Below, in pieces: positions 13,831-27,826 of a stretch of 64,000 nucleotides of DNA (the first letter of the stretch is position 1; each line of letters starts with the position of its first letter). Where the stretch lies: assembly GCF_009914755.1 (NCBI RefSeq), contig NC_060947.1, one strand, 5' to 3'. The DNA is from the human T2T-CHM13v2.0 reference genome, Homo sapiens. The notes under the pieces are model-generated. The model was not told where the DNA came from. It worked only from the letters and a program-made list of their open reading frames with translations, and did no database searches. Made by a program: the position numbers and the translations under genes.

Positions 13831-15237
13831 GTCTAAGTAAACAGAGCAGAAGATGGGTGCTGAAAGGGAAGAGCTTTTCTTATGTTTACTGGGTACAGTA
13901 CTTTCCATCATGGCTAACAAGATAATGAAATAATTTTACACTATCATGATTTGCTTTGATGTGATTGTCCCTCTTCAATAGATTGCTTTGTGTACATCAG
14001 TCCTTTCTTCCATGGCAAGAGTATTTAAAGTACTGCATCACAAATATGGGCTGGCTAATATAGAGTCTCTCAAATAACAGAAATTTTGTGGCACTCCAAG
14101 GAAAGATAACTGAGACTTCTAGGCTGGTTTTACTTTCTTCAGGAAGTAAAATCTAACCAGAAACATACCATAGGTTCCTACAATTCAAGTTTGGTAGCAT
14201 GGACAGAGGGAAAAAAAAAAAACAACAACAACAACTCTGAGATCTCGTTGCTTAAGCTTTTAATTGGAACCAAATGATAGCTAAAACATGTAGCCACTTT
14301 AGATAAAAACTGAAGACCTTTTCACTGGCTCACAATGAGCGGGATTTCTGCAGTTGAGTACTACAGAAGTGAGATAACAGAATTAGATACAATCGAGGGG
14401 AAGAAAAATGCACAGAAGTCCTTGAATTAAAATGAATTGAAACCTTCTGGGAGAAAAGCTATTTGGTAAGCTCCATTAAGTCTATTGTAGATAGCTTTAT
14501 TTGCCAAAGCAGCATCCTGGCATGTGGAACAGGAAAGAAAATAGCTATAAGATGATCTGTCAGGGAGTTTCCAGTCTCTAAACGAATAAGATTCTGTGCA
14601 GTAGCCAATACAGCTTTTAACTCAAAAGAGACACAGAAGCAAAATGCAATTATATAACTCTAGTAAGTGCATTCAATCTGAGTCTCCCATATACCCCTCT
14701 CCTCCTCCAATAACTCCACAAACTCAGCAATTTATCAAGTGGATGCTTAAACTTATGGCAGCATTTATTTCATGGTAACACTGACTAAATACTGTGTACA
14801 ATACTGTAGATACTGAGGTGTAAACAATCATACAAGTGAAAGATTAATCAGCTATAAAACATCCTAGCTAAGCACTTAAATAATTTGAATAGTTCAATTC
14901 TTATTCAACTCTGTGTTTATTTTGGCTATAAGTTTACAGTATTTATTTGCAGTAATTAGTTGACTATCCTGAAAATGCTAGCTAACCACTGATTACAAAG
15001 GGTTTATTCAATATAGATAGCAGTTTGTATGTTTAGGGTTCAAACATATGGCAAAAATAGAAAAAATTCAGATGTAATAGCTAATAAATATCTTTTTCAA
15101 AGTCTGACTTGATGTTTTTCTTTCCTTCAGAGTTTCTGTTCATGGAGTGAAAATTCTAAGACCACTCAAGTGGCTATAGAGCTGCTGACTTCACTATACA
15201 AGCACTGGAACCAGGAAATTCAGATTTGAATTACAAT

Positions 15238-15293
15238 CTCTCTCTCTCTGTCTCTTTTACACACACACACGCACACACACGTACACACACACA
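15238..15293. repeat. (TC)n-(CA)n compound microsatellite
   Basis: Directly visible. Confidence 0.9.
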
Positions 15294-15400
15294 GCAGGAA
15301 CAGTATACAACTATATCTCCAATCTCTAGTATAGTGCTTAGCATGTAATAGTTATTAAATAAATGAACTCATTTAACCATCACAAAATCCCTGTTAGATG

Positions 15401-15706
<306 letters not shown>

Positions 15707-16349
15707 GTTAAATGGTTTTTATAATGTACTCCTTACAAGTGTGGAAGCTGAGGCTCAGTGGGGAAGAAGTCCCTCCTAGGTCAAGAAGGACAGAGTTCGG
15801 ACTAGAACTCAGGTGTTTCAACTTTAGGTCCAGTGGCTTTTCCACTGTACCTTCCTGTAATCTGACTCCTAAGATTGTCTGGAATGGTTTGCCTAAAAAG
15901 AGTAGTCTTCTGGATATTTTATTATCTGCAATGGTAATTCTCCCATCCAAGATAGTTTATTATGAAATTGAAGAGGAGGGTATTATCTGTTGTTCAAAAA
16001 GTTTGCCCTATGGGTCCCACTAAGGACCTGTAACACGGCCTCTGTCTCAGAGTGAGGTTCTGACTATACTAGGTTACAGCTGCTTAAATGCCCAGCGCTT
16101 TTTGGAAAAGAAAGTCCACTTTTAATTAGGCACTTCAATGCAAGGTATGGATAAGTGAAAACCACAGAAAATCCTGTAGCCACAGAGCTGATAATCAGCC
16201 AGTATGTACACATATGGCCTTGCCACTTATTTCTAGCTGGTATCCAGGCTGATAGGTTGATGGCCATACCTTACTGGGTATTAAAAGTTTGAAAATATCA
16301 TGTCTGCAAGTACATGTTTATTAAATAAAGAAAACAGAATTATCTTTAC

Positions 16350-16464
16350 CTGATTCCTCAGTTTCTTTTGTTTCTGTCATTTCTTCTATTTCATCATCAG
16401 ACATTTCCATTTCTTCTTCTCGCCTGATTCCCATTAATTCATCATTATGAATGTTGCGAATTTC
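16350..16464 (-). CDS. ENOX2: ENOX2 exon G (115 nt): EIRNIHNDELMGIRREEEMEMSDDEIEEMTETKETEES(A)
   Basis: Not in the ORF track; translated by hand. Acceptor tttttaaccttag|GAAAT, donor TCAG|gtaaag; phase 0-1. Confidence 0.94.
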
Positions 16465-16899
16465 CTAAGGTTAAAAAGTATGCTTTTTAGGTGGGAATTC
16501 CTTGAAAATGTTGAGGAAATGAATGGAGTTAAGGATAAGATAAAGCAGCATTTTTTTTTGACATATTAGGAAAAAAATCCTCCAAATACTCTTAAGGCAA
16601 AGAGGCATGTTGAAAGTAAAACAGTCTCAGACAAAGCAGACTTGGTTATACTCTGTCTTGCATTAGGCTTTCTTTCCAGACCCAGAGCTCCAGGAGTCTA
16701 TGATTCTTATATTCCTATCATATTAGACAGTATTTTTGGCCATGAAAGACATTTTACCTCTTACATGGATTTGTGGACTTTCCCTTAAGGGTTCTGCCAT
16801 TTTCACCTCCCCACGTTGGACCCTTTAATTTTGCTGCTTGCCATTCTCTTCTCTGTCTTTTTATAGTTTTACTCAACATAACTCTTAATTGAGTTTTTG

Positions 16900-18770
16900 T
16901 AGTTTTAGAAGTTACAGCAAAGATGAGCTTTCAGGAGTAATATTCTACCAGACCAACCTTCCCATGGATAATAACTATAATCTTTGGACAAAACACAAAA
17001 CAAAACCCATTAACTACTTGATGACATTGGAGAGTGAACAAAAGCAGACATATTCTGAAGAGAAGCTGACACTTGGAAGAAAGGAATAGCATAGGGTGAG
17101 TCTCTCAGTTTTTAAAGGGCAATTTAGTCTGAGGTAGACCAGAGTTAGCACCTCATAAGATGGCTAAATTTCTAATAGAAAGCCCATAGTCTTTATGGCC
17201 TAAAGAACTCAAGGAGAGTTCACGGCAGTTACAGCCACTGGAAAGTAAGAAGGGAATCCCAGAAAGGAGACAATAGAGGCAGGGGGAAAGAACTTTAAAT
17301 TCTGTATATAAGATCTGCTCAAATGTCTGCATGAGACCCAAGCCAAGAAAGCACAAGGAAGATTCCCAACAGCACAGCTAAGGCTAAAATAACTGAAATG
17401 ACAACTGAGCTGGCCATCCAAGAGATAGAATTCCCAGCTTGAATCCAACTAAGTAAATTGACCGTTACGACAAACGAAAACAAAGTCAACATTCTTTGAA
17501 AGAACATAGCATAATCCAGAGTCTTCACAACATAATATCTGTAATATCTAGGATAAAGCCCAAAATTACTTGACATAGAAAAACTAGGAAGATATGGCCC
17601 ATTTCCGAAAGAAAGGACAATTAACAGAGACCAACACTGAAATCACCTAGATGTGGTAATTTAACAGACAAGAAACTAAAGCAGCTATTAATATAACTGT
17701 GCTCATGATGTAAAGAAAATATGTTTATAATGAATGAAAAGATAGAAAATCTCAGCAGAGGAATAGAAACATTTAAAAGGAGCCAAGAGTTCTTTTGTCT
17801 GAAAATAAAAAGAACCAAGGATTCTTTTGCCTGGAAATAAAAAGAACCAAGCATTCTTTAAAAAAAATCTCTATTCCTCTGCTGAGATTTCCTATCTTTT
17901 CATTCATTATGAGCATATTTCTTTTACATCACTGAGAATCGTTATAATAGCTGCTTTATAATCTCGTCTGATAACTACCATATCTGGGTGATTCTACAGC
18001 TAGAAAATGATACCTGAAATAAAAATAACCAGACGAGCCTAAAAGTAGAATAGAGATGACAGAATAATGAGAGAACTTAAAGAGAGAGAAAAACAAATGT
18101 ATCCAATCTGAAGAACACAGAGAAAGATAAATATTTTTAAAAAACAGAGCCTTGGGACCTTGTGAGATTACAAAGATCTAAGATACATGTAAATAAAATT
18201 GCAGAAAAAGAGGAGAAAGAAAATAATTTTAAAAGATTTGAAGAAATAAGGGTTGGCAATTTCTGAAATTTGATGAAAGACATTAATCTACATATTCAAA
18301 GAGCTCAGTGAACCCCAAGCAGGATATGTGTGAAAAAAGTACATCATATTAAAACAGCAGAAAGCTAAAGATAAACTCTGGAAAGCAGCCAGAGAAAAGC
18401 AATACATTATACAGAGGGGAACAACAATTTGAATACTTTGACTTCCTTCAGAAACAATTTAAGGCCAGAAGTCAGTGAAATAATATATTTAAAGTTCATG
18501 AAGAAATACAAATATCCATTTATTCAGAATTCTGTATTCAGAGGCAAATTCTCTCAAGAATAAAGCTGAGGTATATTTTCAGACAAAATTAAATGCAAGA
18601 ATTCATCACCAATAGACTTGCGCTATAGAAATATGCTATAGAAAATGCTGAAGAAAGTTCTTCAGGCTGAAGGGAAGTGCTAATGGATATAAACACAGAC
18701 CTTCAGGAAGGCATGAAGAACACTGAAAATGATTAAGATCCCATGATAAAAGTCACTTTAAAAAGGTAAG
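16900..18770 (+). mobile_element. Ancient L1M 5' UTR/ORF1 fragment containing an internal inverted duplication
   Basis: ORF1-region motifs (gctcagtgaaccccaagcaggata; aaagcagccagagaaaa; agaattctgtattcag). Confidence 0.75.
17641..17993. repeat. Inverted repeat (~130-bp arms) around a 32-bp x ~2.6 tandem repeat
   Basis: Arms ~17641-17772 and ~17865-17993; tandem units 17775-17806, 17807-17838, 17839-17859. Confidence 0.92.
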
Positions 18771-20962
18771 CACAACAACTGTGCATTTTGAAGCAGCTTG
18801 CAATCATTTAGAGGCCAATTAATGCCTGTCAGAGGCTTGTCAGCACTGAACTGAGAATTCCTTGCTTGGATTAGCCTGTACTGGGCTGTACACAGGAAAT
18901 ATCCGAAGTTGTCTGTGAAAATTGCCTCCATTTAGGGGAATTATATGTGTTTCAAATGGATTTTTAAATAATTAATGGTGTAGTCATTATCACAACCAAC
19001 ATCCTCCTTTTTATTCATTTTATCAGGAAAAATAATGATTTCTATCTCAAGTTAAGTTTTCACTAAAAATAAATAAAAGACTCTTTTTTTAAAAAGTGAG
19101 CTATTTAGTATCATCACTGATAGTTAAGAATAGAAAAAGAAGATGCTAACATAGACTCTCCCATGTGCTTCAGGGGCATTACTTAAAATAGAAAAAAATA
19201 ATGACTTGCTTGAGAAAAATGAACTTTAAAGGGCTGTGTCAAGAGAGACTTGCTATGTCTTATTCAAACTTATTACACAGAGAACAATAAAGGAATTTCT
19301 CATTTCTGAGAATTCATTCTATCTCAGGAGTCTGATTTTCAGTTATCATCAAAGAGCTGTTACCGGAAAGGTGATTATAATGAAGTTTGACATTGGCAAA
19401 TTCGAATATTGTACAACTTACCGCATTAGGAAAAGTCATGGCTTTCTAGTTGCCTAACAAAAATGTAGACTATTGGAGAGTATAAGCAGAGACCAACTCT
19501 CAATTCACAAACATGTCACATAACCCTGAGAAAGTTATTGTGTTTCTCAGAAGAGTAAAATATGTTCCTTCTAGGGAAATGTCCCAGGGCAGGAATATCT
19601 GAGAGCTAAGACATGTCCTCTAGCTTTTCAGCATCCACAAAACATCTTTCTTCTTCCAGCTGGGCAAAAAAGTGTAATCTCTTCTTAGAAACATAAAAAG
19701 TTAAAAAAATATGTGATACAGCTTATCTAGTCTTTCACATCTTCAAAAATCCCTGGAAATATAACAGACCTATGAACAAATTTTACCTAAATGTTTCAAA
19801 GTACTTCAGGAATAAGAATCACCAGTTGCTTTAACTGATAATAAAGTAAGGGTAAGAAAAACTAAGGGGTATGTTTCCCTAAGTGGTTCAGTCAGGCAGG
19901 CAAACTGGCAGAGCTCAGAGCCCCCTACCCACTAGACAATCCTTTCTAGCTACAAAGAAACTCAGGCTCATATTATTATTCTTCTATAAATACCCAATAC
20001 TATATCACACGAATGAGATAAAAGGTAAAGAGAGCAGCAGAGGTTATGGAGTACTATACTAAAGTAAGCTTATGGGGAACATTTAGTAAGTGACAGTACT
20101 CCTAAAAATAAGGAGTGAGGTTTTAATTCTTTGAAAATCTTTCCCTTAAAGCACTTGATGTCTGAGCTACTTGTCTTCTGTATTCTCCGGTTGGATCAGA
20201 AAAGCTCTACTTTGGGAAGGAAACCCTAACAAATACCTTCAGAGTGAAGGGCTGAAAGGTGACATGAACCCCAGGAAGGCATTCTACCTAGTTTGGACAT
20301 AGGTGCAGGCAGGGGAAAAACTCTGAGCCACTGAAGAGCAGACAGCAAAGGAAATAGCTGTCTCCCAGATTTGCCCCATTTTCCATCCTGGCATTTTGAA
20401 TCCAGTGCTGAAACCAAAAGAATGGTGATGGCATGTGGAAACATTTTTCAGCAATTTGCATTTGTAAATCTCTACCTGAAATTGACTGGGTCACATCACT
20501 GGTAGACTACAACAAAAAAGGTAAGATATCCCTCCTAAAGTTTTTATACCATTCTCCTGCCCACAGTAGATCTGTGATATTTTTCATTTCAACAATGAAC
20601 TGTTAGTGATTTCTGGAAACACATTATAATGACTGAGTCTGATCTAATGATAACTTTTTCTGAAGCTTAGAAATTCACACACTACTCTATAATGGGGAAC
20701 AATGTACTTTCATATAGAATAAAACTGAAATCGGAGACAGGAAAATACATGAAAAGAACCACTTCTGTGCCAGCTGACATTTTTGATTTATCATAAAGTA
20801 AGCAAATCATAAATTGTTACACATTAATTATCTAACTATAGTTTCACAAAAATGTATGTGGATTTAAATTAATCTTATTCATGTTTTATGATAGGAACAT
20901 GATTACCAGACAAATCAGTTTCTTAATAAATGTGTAACAAAATTCTACTTAGCCAGAGTTTC

Positions 20963-21257
20963 TTTTTTTTTTTTTTTAACAGGGTCTTGCTCTGTTGCCC
21001 AGGCTGGAGTGCAGTGGTGTGATCATGGCTCACTACAGCCTTGACCTACTGGGCTCAAGCTATCTTCCCACCTCAGCCTCCCAAGTAGCTGGGAACACAG
21101 GTGTGGGCCACCACACCTGGCTAATTTTTGTATTTTTGGTAGAGATGGGGTTTTACCATGTTGCCCAAGCTGGTCTCGAACTCCTGAACTCAAGCAATCT
21201 GCCTGTGTCAGCCTCCCAAAGTACTGAGATTACAGGCATGAGCCACCATGCCCAGCC
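20963..21257 (-). mobile_element. Alu (AluJ class)
   Basis: Reverse Alu with J-type motifs (gatcatggctcactacagcc; gggctcaagc). Confidence 0.92.
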
Positions 21258-22902
21258 TAAGACTTTCAACATTAAGAGGAAAATTGGTGGAGAAGAGATC
21301 AGACAAGGGAATGGAAAGCAGAGGATAGGGAGATAGCTTCTACACTTATGTAGAAATTTGATTCTGAGATATCATTTAATATAATGAAGCAAAGTACAAA
21401 CTCAGGTTCTTAATTAATGTCTATTATATGATACATAGTGGAAATACAAATTAGGTTTATCCAAATTGTGTTAGTATGTTTTTTGATGGCTGAAGGCCAA
21501 CAGCCGGTGTTAGTGCAGATAGGTCCTAAACCAAGGGTATGCAGATTATTTGAATATCTATCTGCAAACAGTTCTTCAGAGTTTGGAATGGTAGGCCTGT
21601 AATTCTATAAAGAAAGTTATTTTAGCAATCACAGTATTTCATTTTACAAGAATACTAGTAATCACCAAGTCCCTTTTCCTCTAGCCCCATGGTGTAAAAC
21701 CGCATCTGAGGGAGGATATAAGAGGATATCTCCTAGGGCTTATTGTTATGGCTCTAGTTTTTACACATTATCAAAGCTTTAGCTTTGAATCTAGGCCAGC
21801 TAGAGAGAAACACATAGGTTTTAAGTGATTCTGTAGAAAAAGAGTTCCCACAACACACAGAACTGCCAGTAAAGTCACTATAGACACCAACTTTTAGTAA
21901 GGGGAGGGACTTCATTCAGCCTTCTCCTAATACCGTTTTCAGTTGTATTAGCAGGGACCTCACACACATATAAATCAGGAACGTAAAGCAATGAAAAAGA
22001 CTCATTAGCAAACTAGTTTGCTTGACATATGCTACCAAAGTCAGTGTCTAAGCTCCCCAAAGGCGGAAACTTTTTCTTCATACTCCACATCCTTTCTCTC
22101 AGCAGAGTAAGACCGTGTTGGCTGCTGGTAGAAGGATGACAATGAGACAAGGAACAGGCACTTTGTGACATGAGGAGGTCATTGGTTGACTTGTTCTCAG
22201 ATGCAACTGGTAAAAAGGTTGAACGTCAGAAACTCACTTTGATGAAACCCTTGGCTTATGAGTTCTATGTAGCTTGGATGCCTAGGTCAAAAATAAGGCA
22301 GCCTAGTTGATTAAGTTTTTGAGATGTTCTGATTTTCAAGGGGTGCTAAGAGGCAGCCACAATTTAAGAGGATGGTTTATTTATTTCTCACAGGATACCT
22401 CCTTTCAGTCCTCACAGTTGCCTGCTATCAAGTAAAAGTTTGCAGAGGTAAAAAAAAACAAGGACAAAAATAAAAACAAAAACAATGACTTAAAGAGGCA
22501 CCAATATAAAGTGAAAGAGATCTTTTAGGTTTAGGGAATGCAATACCAGAGAAAGGTTATGAGCTATGTCCCACTTTCAGCTGGTGTAGTACTGAACAAG
22601 ATTTGAGATATTCAAGGTGGACCTTAATTTAATTCAATCAAACAAGCGGGAAGGATTTTTTGGGGTTTCTACAGTCTACAAGGCACAGCATGAAACATGT
22701 AGCTCCTGGAAAGTCATGCTGGTCATGTACTTTATCATCACCACTCTGCCAAGGAAGTTTTGTTACAATATTGGGCAATAGGGTGCAAATATCTCAGTTC
22801 TCTATAGGTCCTAAGGAGTGTCCAGCTCACTGGTACAGCTATCTCTACTGTGAGTCTAATTAAACTCAAGTATATATCCGCTAGATAAGTAGGCTTGAAA
22901 TA

Positions 22903-22941
22903 TTAATGGCAAAAACTGCAATTACTTTTGTATCAACCTAA
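22903..22941. mobile_element. Hsmar1/MADE1 half-element (solo terminal inverted repeat)
   Basis: aatggcaaaaactgcaattacttttgtatcaacctaa followed by TA matches the right half of MADE1 (aatggcaaaaaccgcaattacttttgcaccaacctaa). Confidence 0.85.
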
Positions 22942-22947
22942 TAACTA

Positions 22948-23331
<384 letters not shown>

Positions 23332-24309
23332 CTAGGCAAATCAGCATTCCAACCAGAGGCTCCCTTCCTCCTGCAAAAAGGCAATGTACTGTCACGGCTT
23401 TCCTTAAAGGGTGGGGCCATTCAGTCAACTTCTTCTAACCCAAAGAGGAGTTAGAAGTGTACGTGTATCAAAGGGAAGGTAGAAACTTAATGCCTATTCT
23501 GCTTTTCTACAATCATAAGACCTACTGAGCATTTTTCTCTCGACTTTTATTCTTCTGAACTGAAGACTGGATATTTTAAATTTAGCGTGTGAAACTCCCC
23601 TCCTCCTCTTGATCACTTTCATTACCCTTCTAACTCCCTGAGGGCAAAGATCATTTCATTCTATGTTGCCTATCATAGTGCTTGAGATGGAGAAAGTGAT
23701 CAGTAAACATCTGAATCACAAAGTTGAATTTTGTTTGTTGAAGGTGAACAACATGAGGCAGCCCTAGGATTCTAAAACCATTTTGTGCTACAGTAAGATA
23801 ATAGTTTCCTTTTCTCCCCTAATTCTTTAAAAAACAAGTAAAGATGCTATTGGCTATTTGTGACTCTACCAACCCATTGGATGGCTGTCTTCAGGGATTT
23901 CTTTCTAGTGACTCCCAGATCCCTTTGCCGTGCCAGAATTGATGGCTCAGATACTATCAGTTTATAAACAGGATTTGGCTTATTTTCTCCTAAATGCTTT
24001 TCATGGTTTTCAAATTGTTCTCACACAAACATATCTCATGTATTCTCGTGAAGGACAGAGAGAAATTACTATCCTTATTTTATAGGTTAAGAAACAAAGA
24101 TCCACAAAGGTTAAATAACTAGCTCGAGACCACAAAGCATTTTGTACCAGAGCTCACAGTGAGGAGAATAATTTCTAGTCCATTTGCTAGCTTTGTAATT
24201 TTGTGTAAATCACTTAACATTTTTACGTTTCAGTTTTCCTGCAGGTAAAATATGAAATCTATACCTACTCACTATCACTTATGAAGCTGTTAATAAAAAC
24301 TGAAGTAAT

Positions 24310-24510
24310 ACTATTTCTATTTTTCAAACTTTTTACACATTTCCTAACTCATCTCATCCTATAAGACTGGTTTCATTATTGTCTCGAATTTACAGGTGAA
24401 GAAATAGAGGCTGAGAAAGGCTGAATAACTTGCTCAGTCACACAGCACTAACATGTCAGAGCTGAGATTTGAATTCATGTCTGGCTCTGAGTTCAATACT
24501 TTTTTCACTT
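24310..24510 (-). mobile_element. MIR (part of a MIR cluster at ~24000-24600)
   Basis: tttacaggtgaagaaatagaggct ... gtcacacagc ... gagctgagatttgaa core. Confidence 0.7.
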
Positions 24511-25411
24511 CACCATGTCTACTGTGAGGCTCACACAGGTGAGATAACCAATGTGAAAGCACTTTATAAATGTAAATATCTTGTAAATGCTATTTAAAAG
24601 TTAAGGAATATGACAATTTACATGGATAGATATAATGGGACTGCTACCAGGCTGGCAAAGAGGACCAGAAATGTAGTTGAAAAGTTGCTGCATATATAAA
24701 TTGAAAATATTGGGACTTGGTAAGGAAGTTGCCCATAGGAATAGGAGGACTTGAGGCATATGTAACAGGATTTTCAATGGCAGATCAGTGAAATCTCCCA
24801 TCTCAGTTTTTAATCTTTGATGCAGAAGAGCAATCTAATCACATCACATTTATTCTAGTGTTATGCTAAAAATGTCACTTGAGTATAAGCAGAGAGGTGT
24901 GTGCCAACCTTAACCTAAGATCAGAGTCCTGTTACCTTTAAAGCTTCCACCTATAAAGATGACTAAATGAATTTGATAAAAGAAGCTCAGAAATTTCAAA
25001 GATCCAGTATAACACCAGGCGGCTTCCGTCCTTCACTGTCAAGACACTCTAAAAAATGTAAGACAGCCCTAATATTACTAACACTAGAAGCGCAGGTCAG
25101 TAATTATTGTTGTACCCAAGACTAGCTCGCTAAGAGAAGTAAACTTATAATTATCCCAGCTACATTTTCACTACTAAGGTTTCCATCCAGCAGAATGCAT
25201 TCACCACAGCACAAGCACATTTATTACCCTTTTGACAGCAGGTGGTCTGGACACAGTGACAGGCTATAGAACATATCTTAGTGTTTCATTAGGGCCTTAT
25301 TGTGACCATGGGAGCTTGGCACTATTTAATTCTGGCTAAACTCCAGATCAATAACTTGTTAACGAAAGAAACTGTCCCCCCAAGGGGCTACCAGAATAAA
25401 AAGTTACCAAC

Positions 25412-25518
25412 CTCAGCTTGTTTGCACCACACGCTGATGTTCTTCCGCTGGGCTTTTGTGAAGTGGTCCCATGCCTTCTGCTTGGAGGCGGAATGGTACA
25501 CAGCCACTATCTGCTCAA
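25412..25518 (-). CDS. ENOX2: ENOX2 exon F (107 nt): (F)EQIVAVYHSASKQKAWDHFTKAQRKNISVWCKQAE
   Basis: Not in the ORF track; translated by hand. Acceptor gatgctgcag|TTGAG, donor TGAG|gttggt; phase 1-0. Confidence 0.94.
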
Positions 25519-27298
25519 CTGCAGCATCAAATCAGCAGTTGGATCAGGCCAGGGTATCATCCAGGGATGGAAAAAGAGAGGAGAAAAGAAATGAAATAAA
25601 AGAGAAGCATCAGGCTTGTTGTATCTTGTTGTTATGACACTATACTAAGCTGTGGTTGTGCTTGGAAAAGGCTACATGTGTTGGGGTACTTTGATTTTAA
25701 AGGAGACGCAAAGGAAAAGACATCAACATACAGAAAGACAAAAGGGAACACCAGAGGTTTGGGGTAAAATGGTAACAACTAGAGTTTTAATACAGGCATT
25801 GTGAATTCATGGAGGCAGGAGAGGAAGAGTCATAGCAAATGCACTTTTATTTAGTACTTGTCTTTAGTTTAGTACTAGTGACTCCACACAGCATGGAAGA
25901 AAATGGCAAACTGTACCAGAAACTCTCTACCCCTGGCTCCTTTCATAGCCCTCTGACACACACTTGGATGCCTTGCTTCAACAGAATTCATGCTTTTACT
26001 ATTCTGAGGTATGTTTAACAAGAAGCATCAAATCAAAACCTAAGATGGATTGAATCTTTTTTAAGTCTACCAAGATAGACTCGTTGACTGGAAAAATATA
26101 AGTTTTAGGGAAGGATGCTGTGTAAGTGCGGTCCTAGAGAGTATTTTTCAAGGTCTCTTAAAATGTCAAACAGGGAAATGTGTGCAGATGTTCTGGGGCT
26201 TTATCCTAATCACAGTTCAAGAGAGGGGAAGCTTAGACATGACTCCTTTGGGAAAAGAAAAGCAGGACAAGAGCCCCTGTCTGGTTGGGTGTTCACAGTA
26301 AGAAAATCCAGAGGTATTATTTTTTTTTTCTTTACATCCCTGTTTGCACCCTGTCTTCTAATGACTTAAGGATTTATAGTCCCATGATGCGTGCTGCTTT
26401 CTCTTTTTAAAAATTTATCCTAAAGTCCTGAAGACATGTGCTTTTGCCTCCTGGATTTTATGCCCATATATACTTTCAAAATACAAGTGGCAAATGGAAC
26501 AACTCCCCCTTAATCACAATTATGTATGAGTCAAGTACAGGGAAGTCAAGTTTGGAAAGAGTGGACCATAATTGTTTAAAAGCAAAATCATAAAATTATA
26601 CCCTTATTCTTAAGGTGAATATACTTTCTTACTGAAAAAATAAGAGTGTATAATTTTATAATGTGGTAAACAAAAAATTACTTGATAATTTATCTGATCT
26701 GGCTCATTTCAGAGACCTTAGATAGGTTTGGAGCGGAATTTCTTTTTAAAAATGGCCATTTTGGTAGCTTCTCACCTTGTCCCAGTGTCTATGACATCCA
26801 GCAAAGGTAGCAGAAGAAAGTAAACTAAATAAAAAATGTAGAAGTAGCAAATTTGATTTTTATCCAATCACCTTGGGAAATATAATTACATTGATCATTG
26901 AAATGGAGTTTCTTGAAGGCATATTACATGATGATAATTATACAAATCTGAAGAAAAGCAGCTTTAAAATGCTGATGCTACATCGTAACTTTAGCAATAA
27001 AATACCCAGCCCTCTATTGAGGCCCAGGGCTGTAGAAGTATAGGATGTGGCCTAAGGATCAGTGTTTCTAAGGAGTTGAAGTAGATATACCAGAGAAAAT
27101 GAAGCTAGCAGGTGCGCACATGTCTCCTGTGAAATTGGAGCTTGGGCATTTGACAATATAAGGAGAGCACAAGGCAGTGAAAAAGGGAGCCTTGAGCCTT
27201 AACACAGGATGGCTCTGGAGGCCTGAGCTCCCATAGAGAGCAAGTGACTAAGTGAAGTGACTTATTCTCATTCCAGCAGAACTCTAAGTTCCACTCAC

Positions 27299-27511
27299 AT
27301 TGAATGAGAATTCCAGAAAGGGCCTGCTTGAACTTCTCCTTTGCTTCTTCCATATCTTTCTCATGGGCAGCTTTCTCGTTCACCAGGCGGCGGACATGGC
27401 TGTTGGCCGACTGGATCATGGAGTAGAAGTTATTGGCGCTACGACGGTTGACCTCTCCTCGCTCTATCCAGGTAAGCAAGGTCTGTACAGCTTCTGAGAA
27501 TTTGGAATCAT
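27299..27511 (-). CDS. ENOX2: ENOX2 exon E (213 nt): (D)DSKFSEAVQTLLTWIERGEVNRRSANNFYSMIQSANSHVRRLVNEKAAHEKDMEEAKEKFKQALSGILIQ(F)
   Basis: Acceptor ttttttcag|ATGAT, donor CAAT|gtgagt; phase 1-1. Confidence 0.96.
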
Positions 27512-27825
27512 CTGAAAAAAATATATTTTTATAACCAACAAAGGTAACCAAATTTTGATCTATTTTCCCAACATGCTGGCAAAGAGGGCATCATGATTTT
27601 TGGCAGTGATGGGTAAATGAATTGCTGAGGATGAGGAGCCACACATACACACATGTGCACACACAGGCAGTAGGCAGGCAGACAAACAGGAAGAATGGAA
27701 GGATCAATGTAGTCAGACTGGTTGTGGTCTGTGATGAATTTTCAGAAAGAGAAATGTTTCCTTGAAAAAAGTTTTCTGTACTGATATATAGGTTTCATGT
27801 ATTGCAAATTTCTTACCCTCTCTGA

Positions 27826-27826
27826 T

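Noticed and set aside
16465-16480. tttttaaccttag before exon G resembling a U12 branch site
   Set aside because: The intron's donor is GTTGGT, not the U12 GTATCCTT consensus, so it is a U2 intron.
17775-17859. 32-bp partially palindromic repeats reminiscent of a CRISPR array
   Set aside because: Units are contiguous with no unique spacers, derive from L1 sequence, and the DNA is primate.
22238-22281. Possible 44-nt cryptic minus-strand exon (gacctag|GCATCC ... AAA|gtgagt); similar site pairs near 26780-26825 and a donor near 43633
   Set aside because: Such pseudo-exons are expected by chance in long introns and have no additional supporting feature.
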